From: Lama glama
Taxonomy: Eukaryota
Direction: 5' to 3'
Assembly: GCA_028534125.1 (NCBI GenBank)
Contig: CM052817.1
Coordinates: 61,258,001-61,322,000, forward strand
DNA length: 64,000 nt
Within the stretch, counting starts at the first letter, position 1. Every line of letters begins with the position of its first letter. The notes under the pieces were generated by a model. That model did not search any database and was not told where the DNA came from. It saw nothing but the letters and a program-made list of their open reading frames with translations. A program made the position numbers and the translations under genes. This document shows, one piece after another, positions 12,818 through 26,028 of this stretch.

Positions 12818-14738
12818 CTATGGAATAGAGAGAGGCCATTTTAAGACCAAGAATATGCTCAATTTAACTTACTATAGTAAAACTTTTTAAACAGGCAATA
12901 TATTCACATGGTTCAAAAATTCAAAACAATATAAAATAGTATCCATTGAGGACTAACTTCCACCCCTGCCCCCGCCCACTTCATTTTGCTCCCTTACCCA
13001 CCATACTGGTAACCACTTTCATTAGTTTATTTTGTATTCTTCCATTGTTTCTTTGTGAAAATAAGAATATATATCCCACTCAATACGCACCTCCCCCATA
13101 TGTCCTAGAGAGCCTTTCTTACAGGTCCCTTAAGGGCATCCTTGCTCTTTTTTCAGCTACATGGGATTTCTTTAAGCAAAAGTGCTGCAAATTTATTTTA
13201 TGATCCTCAACAGATTAGGTTTGTTCCCAGTCTTTAGCTAGTACAAGCAATACTACAATGAATAACCTGTTATCTTTTATCTTATAGAAGGAATTATCCT
13301 TATTTTGCAGATAATTTTTGTCAGGAGCATTTGTTTTCTTCTTGGAAACTAAGTTTAAAATAATAGAGGAGTTTTTTTTTTTCTGTCATTCATTGATTAT
13401 CATTTTGTTAAGAAATCATTGGTCTTCCCAAATATTTTCCCATTGGTGTCAATTTAAAATGCTTCAGTGTGGAAGCATTTTAAGATAGGTTGCTTTTGTA
13501 CAACTGTATAAATTTGCTAAAAATCAAGGAACTATATACTGACAATGGGTGAGTTGTATGTTAATTATACCTCAAGAAAGCTGTTAAAAGTGAAAGAAAA
13601 TGCTTCAGTGATTTGATTTCTTCTGTAAACTATCTATATTTGTGAGTGTGTGATGTTCAAAAGCTGATTCTTCTTTCTGACCTTGAAAAGTCCTTCCAAA
13701 TTGTATCATAGGTTCTCTTCACTCATTTTCATCCTTACTCCCTACTCTGACTTCCACGCGCAAGGTTTCAGTCAGTTTTATGCAGATGTATTCAACATGT
13801 TTAGTCCTAAATTCCAGGTCTATATCCTCAGCCTCCTTTTGGGTAATTCTCTGTGTATCCTTTTGGCCCCTAAACTTCCTTCAACAAATCCCTAAGTGGA
13901 GTCATCCTGTCCTACTGCAAACCAGCTCTTCTTCCTCATTCATTCAACAAATAATTACTGGGCTCCAACTGTGCATCGGCCCCAACAGGGGCTCCAGCAG
14001 TGAACAAAGGAGGTGAATCCCTTGCCTGCATGGCACTTATGGCTAACTGGAGAGGACAGACAATGAAAAGGATATCGCAAGTTAAAGGAATTTTTTTTTA
14101 AATAAAGAAGAGAAAAAGAAGGAGCCATGAGAACAACAAACTATGTCCAACCTGCCATCTGCCTGGCCCTCACTCTTCCTGCTCCAGTACACTGCCCTCC
14201 ACATGCCAAACCCTGCTTTCTAGCCCTGTGATGATGCTGTCTTCACAAACTTTCTCATATTTTCCTTACTCCTTGTTCTTTTCCATTTCTGTCTGGACTA
14301 TTTCAATGACATCCATATGTGCATCCCTGCAGTCATGCCAAACTGATACAAAGCATGGCCGGAATAATCTTCCAAGTTCATAGCTATGGTTATGTTGCTT
14401 TTCCAGGTTAAAAACCTACAATTGAAGTCAGACATGCTAGCAAAAGTTTGGGTTCAGACATGTCTAATTTTTCAGCTAAATTCCAACAAGGGATTGGGAG
14501 CAAGGAAGTGCAGGTCAGGAGAGTCTGTAGGTCATATAAAATAAAATAATATTATTGTCTAGGGAACTCATGGAAAATTAAACTGATAGCAATAGTACAA
14601 GTATACGTCTCTGGCATTTAATCCCATTTAATCCTTTTCTTTGTAGTATAGGGTTAAATAATAAAGTTATTTAATGAATATTAAATATATGCCTTTTTTT
14701 TCAGTTATCAAAAACCTTAAACACAATAAATGTATTAC

Positions 14739-14831
14739 CTGTGTTTCTGGTCAAATATCTTGCGATTGCTAGGCTCTGGTGAAGGTTAAGTCCATCGACT
14801 TCCAAAATGGGAATTTTGCCAAATGGAAGAG
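14739..14831 (-). CDS. HPGDS: HPGDS exon 3 (93 bp)
   Basis: ttttaag| (T)LPFGKIPILEVDGLNLHQSLAIARYLTRNT |gtaata. Contains the GST glutathione-site motifs; phase fits the neighbouring exons. Confidence 0.98.
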
Positions 14832-15459
14832 CTTAAAATAAAGTGAGCAAAGAGTCAACTTCTAGAGCAAAATCAAGATAGAATATTTCCATTTTACTGA
14901 TAATGGTGGAAACAAAGCATGATTTTAAGTTACAGAATTCTTGAATACTTGTTCTAAAAGGAACATGGGGCACCCTCTAGTGGAATCCTTATGTTTTACA
15001 AGTAAAGTGAGTTGTTCGAAGATCTGTTACAGAATTAGTGACAGAACCAGATCTAGAAGCCAGGCTCATGGTGACGCTATACATCATACTATATATCATC
15101 TCATAAACTTACTAATTAACTTTTGAAAAGATTTTCTTTTAAAGCTTCATTAACTTTTCTGGCTTCTATCAGACTTTAAAAATACAGTCTGAGAAATATG
15201 GCAAGTTTGATTTACATATTGAGTTATGGTAAAGAATTTAGCCCAAATTATTATTTTGATGAGGGACTATTTGACATATATAGTAAGGTACTAGCGTATC
15301 AGGATAGATACAGGACAGACTCATAGCAAGTGTGTTATTATTTTATCTGTAAATCTTACTTTTTTTCTTATCTAAACCTATTACATTTTTGTCAGAAAGT
15401 AATTTATTATTCTTTAGTATAGAAAAATTATAAGATAAATAAAAATAATTCTACCACAT

Positions 15460-16108
15460 TGCTGGAAAACAAGCCGCTGAAAAACAAGCAACTAGAAAAC
15501 AAGCCACACCTAAATTTCCATGAGCTTAAAATATTATATTCACACTTACTTGCTTAAAATGCACATGCTTGCTTTGTTTTAATGGTTTACGCAGTAGATG
15601 ACCTATAACATGTATTATGCTAAAGAAAACTTGTAAGGAGAAATCCTGAGATTGCCCATAAGGGCATGAAGGAGGGCAGATATTTCCTTAGGGTAAGGTC
15701 CTGGAAAGCCCGATCATCCATTAACAGAACTTTGTCCTGGCCTGAAAGCATGCTGTTTAACCCGAGGGAAGTATTTGCTATCTCAAGATGTCCCAGAGGC
15801 AATAACAGGATAGACTTAGAAAATTTGCATATCCCGAGGAGGGTGATTGTTCCTGGAAGTTTAGGCCTGAAATTAATCAGTTAACCAGCAAGCAGAATTT
15901 AGTGCTTATCGCGTGGAATATCTAAAGCCCCACCTCTTTGATCACATTTTTTTCTGAGTTGTATACTCCACCAGGCTTTCGCCCCGCTCTAGATCCACGA
16001 GATCTTGAGTCCCCTGGTCCCATCTTTGCTCTTTACTTTGTCTCTTTGTTTCTTAAGTCTTGCGTCACTTGTCCTCAGACACGGTCCCGAGCTGCGCTGG
16101 ACACAGCA
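15460..16108 (+). mobile_element. Solo LTR, probably ERVK/class II, in HPGDS intron 2
   Basis: TGCTG...CAGCA termini; 6-bp TSD ccacat/ctacat with one mismatch (15454-15459, 16109-16114). Confidence 0.7.
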
Positions 16109-16613
16109 CTACATAATTATACCATTTCAATATTTTAATTATTTTTCCATATATGTATAAAAACAAAATCATAATGTATATAGTGTTTGTAAACCATTTT
16201 TCATATGATAATACCTTTCTAAAATTTCTCTAAATCAATGAAACACCATCTTTTTAATGATATATACTTTGCCATATGAATCATCACAATTTCCCTAACC
16301 AGTGGCTTAGCTTGGGACATACAATTATTTTGGAAAGACAGAAAAAAATAAAGTTCCACTTGAAATCCTATGACACTGACACAGCTATTAGAATCAACCT
16401 TCAAGTGTCTTTCATATGTACTGAGTAAGTTCAAGATGAACTAGAGTTCACACCAGGAATAAAAACTTCTTTGAGTACTTATCTAATAAGTGGGCCACAT
16501 ACTATTCTGAATGTCTGAGATACTGCAGTGCACAAAACAAAGTCCCAAATGAAGCTGACATGAATTGTGATCCCTTATTTGAAGCAAAGTATGTGATCAA
16601 GAGGGAATTAGCA

Positions 16614-16692
16614 GGGGGAGGTGGGTATTGCTCAGTGGTAGAGTGTGCTTAGCACTGTGGGTTCAATCCCCAGTATCCCCATTAAAAAAAAA
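16614..16692 (+). mobile_element. Short tRNA-derived SINE (camelid type)
   Basis: A-box-like ttgctcagtggtag, B-box ggttcaatcc, A tail. Confidence 0.85.
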
Positions 16693-16959
16693 GTGGGGGA
16701 GAATTAATACGTCTAACATTTGGGGGTGGTTCTTCATGGGCATCATACTAAATATTTAACATGCCCATTAGGTCTTCTGGTATTTACAACAACCTTGTGA
16801 AGTAGGAATTAATTACTATCTCATTTTATAGGTAAGGAAATGAGATGAAGAGAAGTTACATAAATAGTCCAGATCACACACCTGGTAAAGGTGAGATCTA
16901 AACTGAGGTCAGTTAGAACTTTTGCTCAGCTGTTTTCTAGTTCTAAGAGCCATGTTTGA

Positions 16960-17700
16960 GAAAGACATTAAAAATCAGAGCAAGCCAAGAGGACTGTATC
17001 CAAATTAGAGAGGGGTCTGAAAACCATCTAATATGAGGATTGAATGAAAAATTTAACACTTTCCACTGAAGAAGACGGAACAAACTAAGTGAAACATAAA
17101 AGCTACCTCCAATATGGCATAGTTATCAAATGGAAGAAAAACTTTACTTATTCTGACTATCCGTAAAATGCAGGACTAGAACCAAGAAGTAATTTTTGAA
17201 AGGACTGATTTTAACTCAAAATTAAAAATAATGTTACCATTGGAACTGTTGACAATGGAATGTGTTTTCTTATGAGATGGTAAGCTTTCAGCTACTGGAA
17301 ACGTTGAGCCAAGCTTGGGATAACTGCCAACAATTGGAATATTGGGCTGCATTTAGCAAGAAGAAATTTAAGAAGACAAATGCTAAGTCCTTTATTTGGT
17401 TCCAAAAAAAAATAATTTCAGGGTGTTGGAATTGTAACTTAACAGGAACACCTGTCAAAAAGCTTTAAGAGATTTAGTGAAGCTGAATGTAAGGTGTCAG
17501 TGTGCTTTTGCTGCCAAAATAGCTACTGTGATCTTGGTAAAATGTCTCAAAATAATGTCAAGGCTTGTGCCAGAAGTGATGGTCCCACTCTGCTCTGTGC
17601 AGTTTTTATGCCGGGAACACTGTGTTCCTCTAGAGGCACCACACATAAAATGGCAGACACAGTCTAACAGGAGCTTGTTTTACTTGGATGGTGAGGAAAC
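16960..17700. mobile_element. CR1/L3 LINE fragments
   Basis: Diverged L3-like text (ggggtctgaaaaccatctaatatgaggat; gaagtgatggtcccactctgctctgtgc). Confidence 0.5.
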
Positions 17701-19394
17701 CCAAACCAGGGGAAATAAATGGAACACTCCAGCAAGAGAAGAGAGTCGCCCCTTGGACCAAAATGTAATTGCAGATCTCAGATAGTCCATGGGAAACAGA
17801 ATTTCAATCAAGAAGGGGAATCAGGGGTAGGAAGGCTGAACTGAATTTCACAACAATGACCAGAGAAACAATCAAGGAAGTTCCAAAAGTTGGTATCTAA
17901 ATAGAAATATACATAAGCACGAGTTAACTAGGGACTCAATTCTGAGTTCAGCCAAAGACCTTTATCCTCAATCAGAGCATTTTCATTGAACTGACTATAT
18001 AGCAGTGGCTTTTTTTCTATGATGTCTTGAAGATACTAAATTTCTTCAGACAATTGGATGTGAGAGGAATATTAGTTTGTTATCCTTGAATTAACATTTT
18101 AAAGTCCAAGACCAATGTATGAAAGCTGTTTGGATAAGGAAGTTTCTTTTAAAAGATTTCCTCCCTTCTGCTTTCTATATACTCTCTTCCCAGAATTTCA
18201 TGGAGATGTTGGACCTCCTAAACTGATTGATTCTCAATTTTCCTCATCTTTTTTCTCTTATTTTTTTGTTTTTCCCTATTGTACTTTTGGGGGGAGTTCC
18301 TTATTTTTCATTTTATTGATTTGTTTTTGTCAAATATTAATTTTCATGAACTTTTTAATCCCCTAATGTTCTTTTTCACAGCATCCTGTTCTTGTTAAGA
18401 AAGTATAGAATATCTTCTCTTTTCTCTCTGGGGATTTCATATTTTTGAAGTTTTTTTCTTGCTACATCACCTTGACACCCTCAGAGAGGTTTGCTTTTAG
18501 GTCTGTTTTATTAGAAACTTTCCACATTATGGACTAATTTTTCACTTGCCATTTCTGTTTCCAAGAACAAAGAAATAAAAGCTAACTGGAATCTCAGGAT
18601 GGATGAGAAGGGCTTGCCAACAGATTGGGCTGGACCATTTCACTGAGATCTCCCCATCTGTTAGGCATTTTTCTTGGACTGGTCCTCCTATTTCCTGCCT
18701 GAGGGATATCAGCCTGGTTTCAGTTGATTGTAGAGCAGGGGAAACAGCTTCCCCTTCTGGACTTCCACTGAATGCCACTTTCCCTATAGCACTGTGTCCT
18801 CAGACATGCCTGGTGTCCTAGAATCCTCTGGTCCATCCTCTCTTGAAAGTGATCTCCATACTTCTGCCAGGAAGACAGGAGGATCTTGTTGTCACACTGC
18901 TTCCTCACATTCTTCTAGGCAGTCCTCCATTAGCTCAGCTCTTAGAGTTATCTGTTGCAACCAATTCCTGATCCTTTAGGGGCATCTCTGGAGTCACTCA
19001 GCTTTCCTTCTCCCCTTCCAGGCTTATATTTGAGCATCACTAGCCTACTAAGTCACCTTACCATTCCTTGACCTGCTTTCTAGCTTCCAGAATTTTGCTC
19101 TCATATTTAAGGTTGATTTCTTTATCTCTGGGTGGGGGAGGGGTGCCTTTTTCTCAAAAAGTACTTTAATATTATTAAAGGAGAGAGAAAATATAAAACC
19201 TGTGCACAACCTATTAGGTTTGACCAGGAAGAATTTTTTAATAGAAATATCCAATGATATTCTAGATTATAGTAGGAGGGATGTCATAGAGAGTTTCAAA
19301 CACCAGAGAGCATTCCTAAATTAAATAGATGAGACCAGATATAATTTGCAATAGAAACTGCTTTTCAATATCTATTCTTTGATTTTTTTTCCTC

Positions 19395-19815
19395 AAAGTA
19401 ATAAAATCCTGAATTTTTAGCAGGGCAAATGCTTATCCACAATAAAGTCAATGTTTCCCAGCTTCCTTTGCAGTAACATATGACTAGCTGACTAAGTTCT
19501 TGCCAGGGCAATACAAGCAGAAGTGATGTGGGCGACTTTCTGGCCATTTTGCTAAGAGGAAGAGGTATTTTCTCATCTCTCTTTCATACTTCCTATGAGC
19601 TGGAATACGGAAGGAGAGTGAACTATTTACATGGTGTGAATAAGAACCCAGTACAGGTGGCAAATGAACAGAAGAGAGGGAGCCTCATTCTTGACAACTC
19701 ATGGGGCAGAACCACTATGCTAACTTGGGGTTGTATGCAAAAGAAATACATTCTTATTCTCTTTAAGCATTGTTTGTGTTGGATGCCTGTTAAAGCATTT
19801 GAAACTATATCTTAA
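19395..19815. mobile_element. MLT1-type MaLR LTR
   Basis: tttcccagcttcctttgcag ... gactaagttcttgcca ... gcagaagtgatgtgggcgacttt. Confidence 0.6.
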
Positions 19816-20734
19816 CCATCACTAACTTTAAGATCACTTTCAACTCTAAGAATCTATGAAAATATTAAGAAAATGCAGTGATCCATTTTTAATAACATAA
19901 TGAATAGTTAAGGTAGAGTAGGGAATGAATAACTCAAACAAATTATATCTAAAAACTAAAAGGCAGAATTTGTCATATGTAAGATCTCCACAACTTGCTA
20001 TCCATCTTGACTTAATTAATGGCTAAAATGAATACTCACCTATTTTATGTCCATAGAATTAAAAAGCTCATTTACAAATTCTGATATCAGGAGAAATGCT
20101 TGGATATTAATGGTAAAGTTTCAGAAGAACAGGAAATGAGATATTCTATCCCACCAGAGAAGAGTTCTCTGATAAGAAAAGGAGTAGTTACAGGGGCAAT
20201 GACTTCAAAGGAATTCATGCTTCCAAAAGTCATGTGGCAATATTTTTTGTTAATATATCAATTATCATGATTGATAATATATCAGTTATATGATTGTTAC
20301 TGGCATTATCTAGTGCAAATAACTTGGGGCATAGCATTAAATGGACCTGTGTTTGAAAATCAGCTGTACCTTCCTACAGCTGTGAACCTGAAAAAGTTCC
20401 CTACACTGTGTGCTTCAGGTACCCCAACTGTAAAATGCAAACAATAACACAGCCCATGTAGACCTGCTAGAGAAATTAAATGCAATGGGGTCTGGAGAGT
20501 ATCTGCCAGCCAGAGATAGTCTGCAAGTACTCAACAGCTGTTTTCTTCAGCTTCATCTTTATGTACATTTTTAATCATCTAGTCTTCAAAATATAAATTT
20601 TAAATATATAATTTTTAGTTAGTATTTCTAGGTAACATGGCAAGCATCTAGATGACTTACAACTTACTGAGAACCACACACTGTTGTTTAATGTAATCAT
20701 ATTTCTAATTCTTCCTCATTGTTCTCAGTGCTAA

Positions 20735-21260
20735 GTGGCATGTTTCATTGGGTTACCTAGCCAGTTTGTAAATGTGTTCTTTCCTCTGATCAAAGAGATC
20801 CCAGTTTTATTCAGGTATCCACCTCTCTCTCATATAGTCACAGGCCGCATGAAACTTGGTTTCATCTCCAGCTTCAGAGTTGGACTAGATGGTTCTAAGG
20901 TTCTTCCCACCCCCTTTGCCAGTGATGGGTTCAGAAATGGACATGTGACCCAACTGAGCCAGTGAGACACAAGAGGTTTGCTGAGGTCTTCTGGGGAAAA
21001 GTTTTCTTCATCCTCCTGGGAACACTTAAGGAAGCAGAGCCTCCTCTTAACTCGGCTCAGTGTTGCGGCTGCACGCTGTGAGACTGGAATTGCAGCAGGC
21101 ATATGTTGCTGCCAGCCTTGTGATGCAGCCAACACAGGAAGACAGATAAAGCCATCCTTTGAAACCTAGATTTTCCTCTGGATTTTCAGTTATGTGACAC
21201 ATTTCATTTCCTTGTTATTTAAGGCATTTGAGTTTGTTTTTCTGTTAGAGCAGCTTTTCT
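20735..21260. mobile_element. MLT1-type MaLR LTR
   Basis: gccagtgatgggttcagaaatggacatgtgacccaactgagccagtgagac and ctctggattttcagttatgtga. Confidence 0.65.
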
Positions 21261-21596
21261 GACCCATTGTCAAATCATTTTCCACATCTGTAGCAAGCCC
21301 ATCCAATTCCAATGATCACAAGTTTGCCTTCAGTATTCCCCCACTTCAGCTCTGCTGCTGGGGCTTCATGCTGGGTTATTTTTATACTCCTTTTCTGTCA
21401 GGTTTGTGTTTTCAGCTCAAATAGAATTTTCTGGGTCACATAGCATTTATTTAACTTTCCTGAACTGCTGCTTCTCAATATAAAGCTACATGAGATTAAA
21501 AAAACCTTTATTTTTCTTTTCCCTGAGGAAAGACAAAAGGGTCTAGAAACATTTTCCCTACATACATTTTCATGAACTACTGTTTGTGCTACTTAC

Positions 21597-21729
21597 TTGA
21601 TTTGATTTCAGGCCAATCAGCTTGTTCTAGTCTGTGGTCTTCATACTTTATGTCCAAATATGCAAATATGTACCGAATAATTTCTGCTCTCCCCCTCATA
21701 TTAAAGTAAATGAGTTTGTAGTTTGGCAT
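21597..21729 (-). CDS. HPGDS: HPGDS exon 2, first coding exon (whole exon 21597-21738 including 9 nt of 5'UTR)
   Basis: Minus strand reads ctctttccag|AATTACATC ATG and translates MPNYKLIYFNMRGRAEIIRYIFAYLDIKYEDHRLEQADWPEIKS, ending A|gtaagt. Matches the HPGDS N-terminus including Tyr8 and Arg14. Confidence 0.98.
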
Positions 21730-24700
21730 GATGTAATTCTGGAAAGAGAAAAATAGAAGGATTATTTAAACATCCCTCTAGAGATGTCTCAACATTTTTC
21801 TTGGGGGACTTTTTGTAAACTTTATGGAATCTTCTGGGATAACTGGAGATAATTAGAAGATATTTCAAAACGAGAATTATAAATCATGATCCTAATAACA
21901 TATGGGGAAAACTCGACAGAAATAAGATCATGGCTCTCTCCGTTTAAGAACTGGCTGGAATATTCCAGTGAAATAACCAGTCAAGTTTTATTTATAGAAA
22001 GACATAAGACTAAGAGGGTATCAATACACCAACCTTCAAAGGATGGAGTCAGCAGCTTTCCATGTTAAGATGTTTTTGTCCAGCTTTTTGCCACTTGTGA
22101 GTGGTGTTTGACATTTGATTTGTCCTTTGCTTTGGTGACACAGCTGAGTTTGTGAGAACAGCTGGGTAGGGATTGCAAGGGCAGGGAACACACAACAGGC
22201 ATGGGAACGAGCTATGTCAGCCTGCCATCCCCTCCCTTCCCTCCCTTGTTGCTTTTCCCTCTAGGAGTCAAAGGCTTAGGGCAATGGTGTTGTCTTCTCT
22301 CCTTTACTGCATCAGTGGTGCTGGGGTTTATTGGGTTGCTTGCACTATACAAACATACTCCCAGCTTGGGGACCTCTGGTGGGATGGAACAACGATGAGC
22401 ATGTTTCTTTATTCCCTCTACAGAGGAACACAGAAGAAAGGAAGCAAACTTTTCTTACATTTCAGAAAGTTAGCTAATACTGGCGATATTGATTAATGGA
22501 GGTCATTATAATTCTGTGAGTTTTCTGGGATTCATATAAGTTCATTTCCATTGTCTACATACAGTGAGTGATTTTAAGCACTAAGAGTAGGCTGTATTGT
22601 CATTTTATAATGATTAGGCAACTGAGAAAGAAACATTTTCATTTGAAATTCAGTTCTTCCACTTAGTTTCTGTGTACCTTTTGGCTAGTCAACAAAATCT
22701 CTCTGAATGTCAAAGCCCACTTTTTATAAACAGAGATACTAATGTGGATTTGGGGGTTAATGAGTAACACATGTAAAGCATTTAGCACAATGCTAAACAC
22801 TTAATGATTATTAGTTATTAATAATAACTTTGAATTCATTCTACAGTTAAGAATAAACACCATGAATACAGCACACTGCAAATAAATAATATTTTTAGTA
22901 TTAAGTAAATGAAAATCATAAATGACATTTATTTAAAGTGGTAAGTTTAAATAGTTTATTCTCTCCTAAGGAAATATTTTCAGAGATATTAACAGAATAT
23001 TACATAAAAAGAAAAGTTGGGCTCAAGTCGCAAAACAAAATTCATCTGAAATCACATCTCATAAAAGATCAAATACAAATCATAAAAATCTAGATTGCCA
23101 AGCTCCTGTTTCACAGACATGCATATTTCATCCATCTGTGGAGAGGAGGACCGGAAATGACTTGTCTGATTGCTTATCTAGACCCCCTCAGGCTGAAGAA
23201 ATGATGGTGATGGCGATTCCTAGAAACCCATTTCTCTGGGCCCGGGTTTTCCACACCTAGATGTTGTGGAGGTGGCGCTCCTTTTAGAGACAGAGTCACC
23301 CTAGTCATTCCGTGTCCTGTCCTCTCCCATTAGCTTGTCTCGTCCCCACCCAAGTGAAACATGGCACATGCCACTTGTATCAATATGTGAGAGAATGTTC
23401 TCTGCAGAGAGAAGAATTCACTAGCAAACTAACAAAGCTCCAAGATTTACAGCCCCAAATTCCTTTGAGGGAGAAATATGCATATAGGAAGCTCACATTT
23501 GGGACAGTAAATGAAGTGCCCATCAGAAATGGAACCAGTTTCCAAGTTTCTTAGAAATGTTGAGCTTAGAAATAAGTAGTGGTAAATACACAAGACAAAA
23601 ATAGTAAATAAAAAATATAAAGTAACAAGTTTCCTTCTGAAAAAAAGAAAATATTTTACATAATCAAAATAAACGGAACACTGATGTAGGATGTAAAAAA
23701 TGTAATTCTTACAATTCCTTGGTCAATGTTTTTAAATCTCAAGAACAAAAATAGCCTTCAGAGTAGAAAAAGTGTCTATCCATTGCACTTCTTATTTGAA
23801 AAGCATTCTACACAATTTTTTAATTGATTTTTATGTTGTAGGTCAGTGCTTCCAAAGAAATTATGTATTTTTTTCTTTAAACATTTTATGTGTATATAGA
23901 TTCACTTGTGTCCATATGACCAACATTAAAAATTAAACATAACCTTCTCTCATTTGGTCAAATATCACATAATTCTACATGAAAATGAAGGGGTTGTTTG
24001 TTGTTGTTAATTTGCAAAATCATGCTATTTTATATTGTATTTCACTCAAGTAAAGGAAACATTTAAAAATTCTTAACACGGGTTGGCAGCTGTCTATTCA
24101 GTAAATAGATCTTTAAGATTTGGCACAGGCCCATGGACATCTGACAGGCTTACCTTTCCCTCTAGAACATCCTTTCAACAGTCATAACTCATGAATAAAG
24201 CTGTACTTGTACATCATATTTCAGTACTTACTTGCATAATTATATTTTCTACTGAGCAGAAGTCCAGTTTCTTGATTTTTATAGCTGCAAAACGTCACCC
24301 TTGAAGACTTGTCCTTCAGGGTACATGTGCACATTTTATAACATGAAAAATAAGTACTAAAGGTAAATGCTATTGGAAATATTTACTAATTCTAAAAATT
24401 CTTTCAGTATTTTATAAGCCTTTGTGTAAAAACTAAACAGGAGGAGTTCCAAGTAAATGTTTCTATGGCCAATGAAAACAGACAAGCAAATGTGCAATAC
24501 AGTCTAAAGATAAGCAGAGAGGATCGTGTCCAGAAGAACAGTTTTCCCCTCACTGCACTTAGCAGTGTATCTGGTACAGTAATCTCACTTTGCTAAAGCC
24601 TTTGTTTCATAAGGATGATGAACTAAAAGGGTTAAGTTAACATTCATTCCCAGTGAGGATCAAGCTCAGGGTAGAGCAGGCTGATTGAAAGGAATGCGTG

Positions 24701-25685
24701 ATTTTGGAGTAACCCCTGCCACTCACTATCTGGATGGCCTTGGACAAGTCACCTGTTCCTGGCTTCAATTTCCTCACCTGTGAGATGGTAGTGAAAATAC
24801 AGTGCTTGGCACATAGTATTTGTTGAAAAACAAAAGAGAATAAAAAGGAAGAGAAGGAGGCAGGAAGTGAGGGAGGGACAGTTCCCTCCCTAACAGAGAT
24901 GAGATTCCAGCCTTGTGTGGTTTGATTGGACTCAAATCCTAAAGACCACGTTCTTTCATCCACCTTTTCTGTGGCAGGGACACAAAAGTGAAAAGTTACA
25001 TAAAAAGAAAATATAAAGTTAGAATTAAGAGCACGATAAACTTTGCCTGGACCAAAATGAATAGAAACAAAATGCCATGAACAGAACTCAGAATTCTGAG
25101 AGAAGCCGTGGTCAGCCAGGAGTTTAGCTTCTTCAAAATAACGGGGAATGAAAAGCCTCCACACACGCAAGATGGGAGGGTGGACAGACATACTGCTGGA
25201 AACCGGAACCCCGCAGGCTTTTCTACAAATTGTTTAAAAAGGTCAAATTGCAAACCTCTTCTAAAACTGCTAAAGAGGAAAATATATGGAAAGTCACAAA
25301 TAATTTAAATTACAAATAAAAAGGGGTCATAATAGCAAATAAAACAGATGATTCAAAATCATAAGCTAACACTACAAATAACTGTCACGGAACCTGAACA
25401 CTTAAATGGAAACCCTGAGAAAGACAAAAATTAACATAGTCCAATAAAAAGAAACTGAAAGCCTGCATCTGATAATGAGTAAAGAAATGGAATTGGTAAT
25501 TAGTCACACCCACGAAAGACACCAAGCCCAGATGATTTTACAGGTGAATTTTACTTAATCCTCAAGGCAAAGTAATCCTTATCTTTTAGAAGTAGTTTCA
25601 AAGACTAGAAAGACGATAGAAGTGCAAAGATGTTAAAAGAGGAAGATTATAGACTAATCTCACTTATTAATATGATATAAACATC

Positions 25686-25974
25686 TGTTGGCAGCCTTAA
25701 GTGAGTGGGCCGTGGGGCCCAGGCCAAAGTTCACAATAACTTGCACTGGTAAGAGGTAAATGTACGCATGCGCTAGGAGCATGCGTCAGCATTATGAACA
25801 ATACGCATGCGCCCCTAGCATTATAAAAGGACAAGTGCGCGCACACCTAAGGGCTGGCCGCGCGCGCACCACCCACTTGTACCGCGGTAAAGCGCTCCGT
25901 GTCAGCTCCTCGCGCCTTCTTCCAGTTGGGCAGCTCACCTCCTCGAATCCCTCTTCAGCCTCCCTCGGCTGACA
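25686..25974 (+). mobile_element. CpG-rich solo LTR, ERVL/class III-like, 289 bp
   Basis: TG...CA termini, perfect 5-bp TSD acatc (25681-25685, 25975-25979), TATAAAAG at about 25822-25829. Confidence 0.8.
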
Positions 25975-26028
25975 ACATCCTAAATAACGTACTAGCTATT
26001 CAAATTTAGTGTATAAAATTAAATGTAA

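Noticed and set aside
24637..25191. 184-aa minus-strand ORF in intron 1
   Set aside because: Runs through MIR-like sequence and has no recognisable homology.
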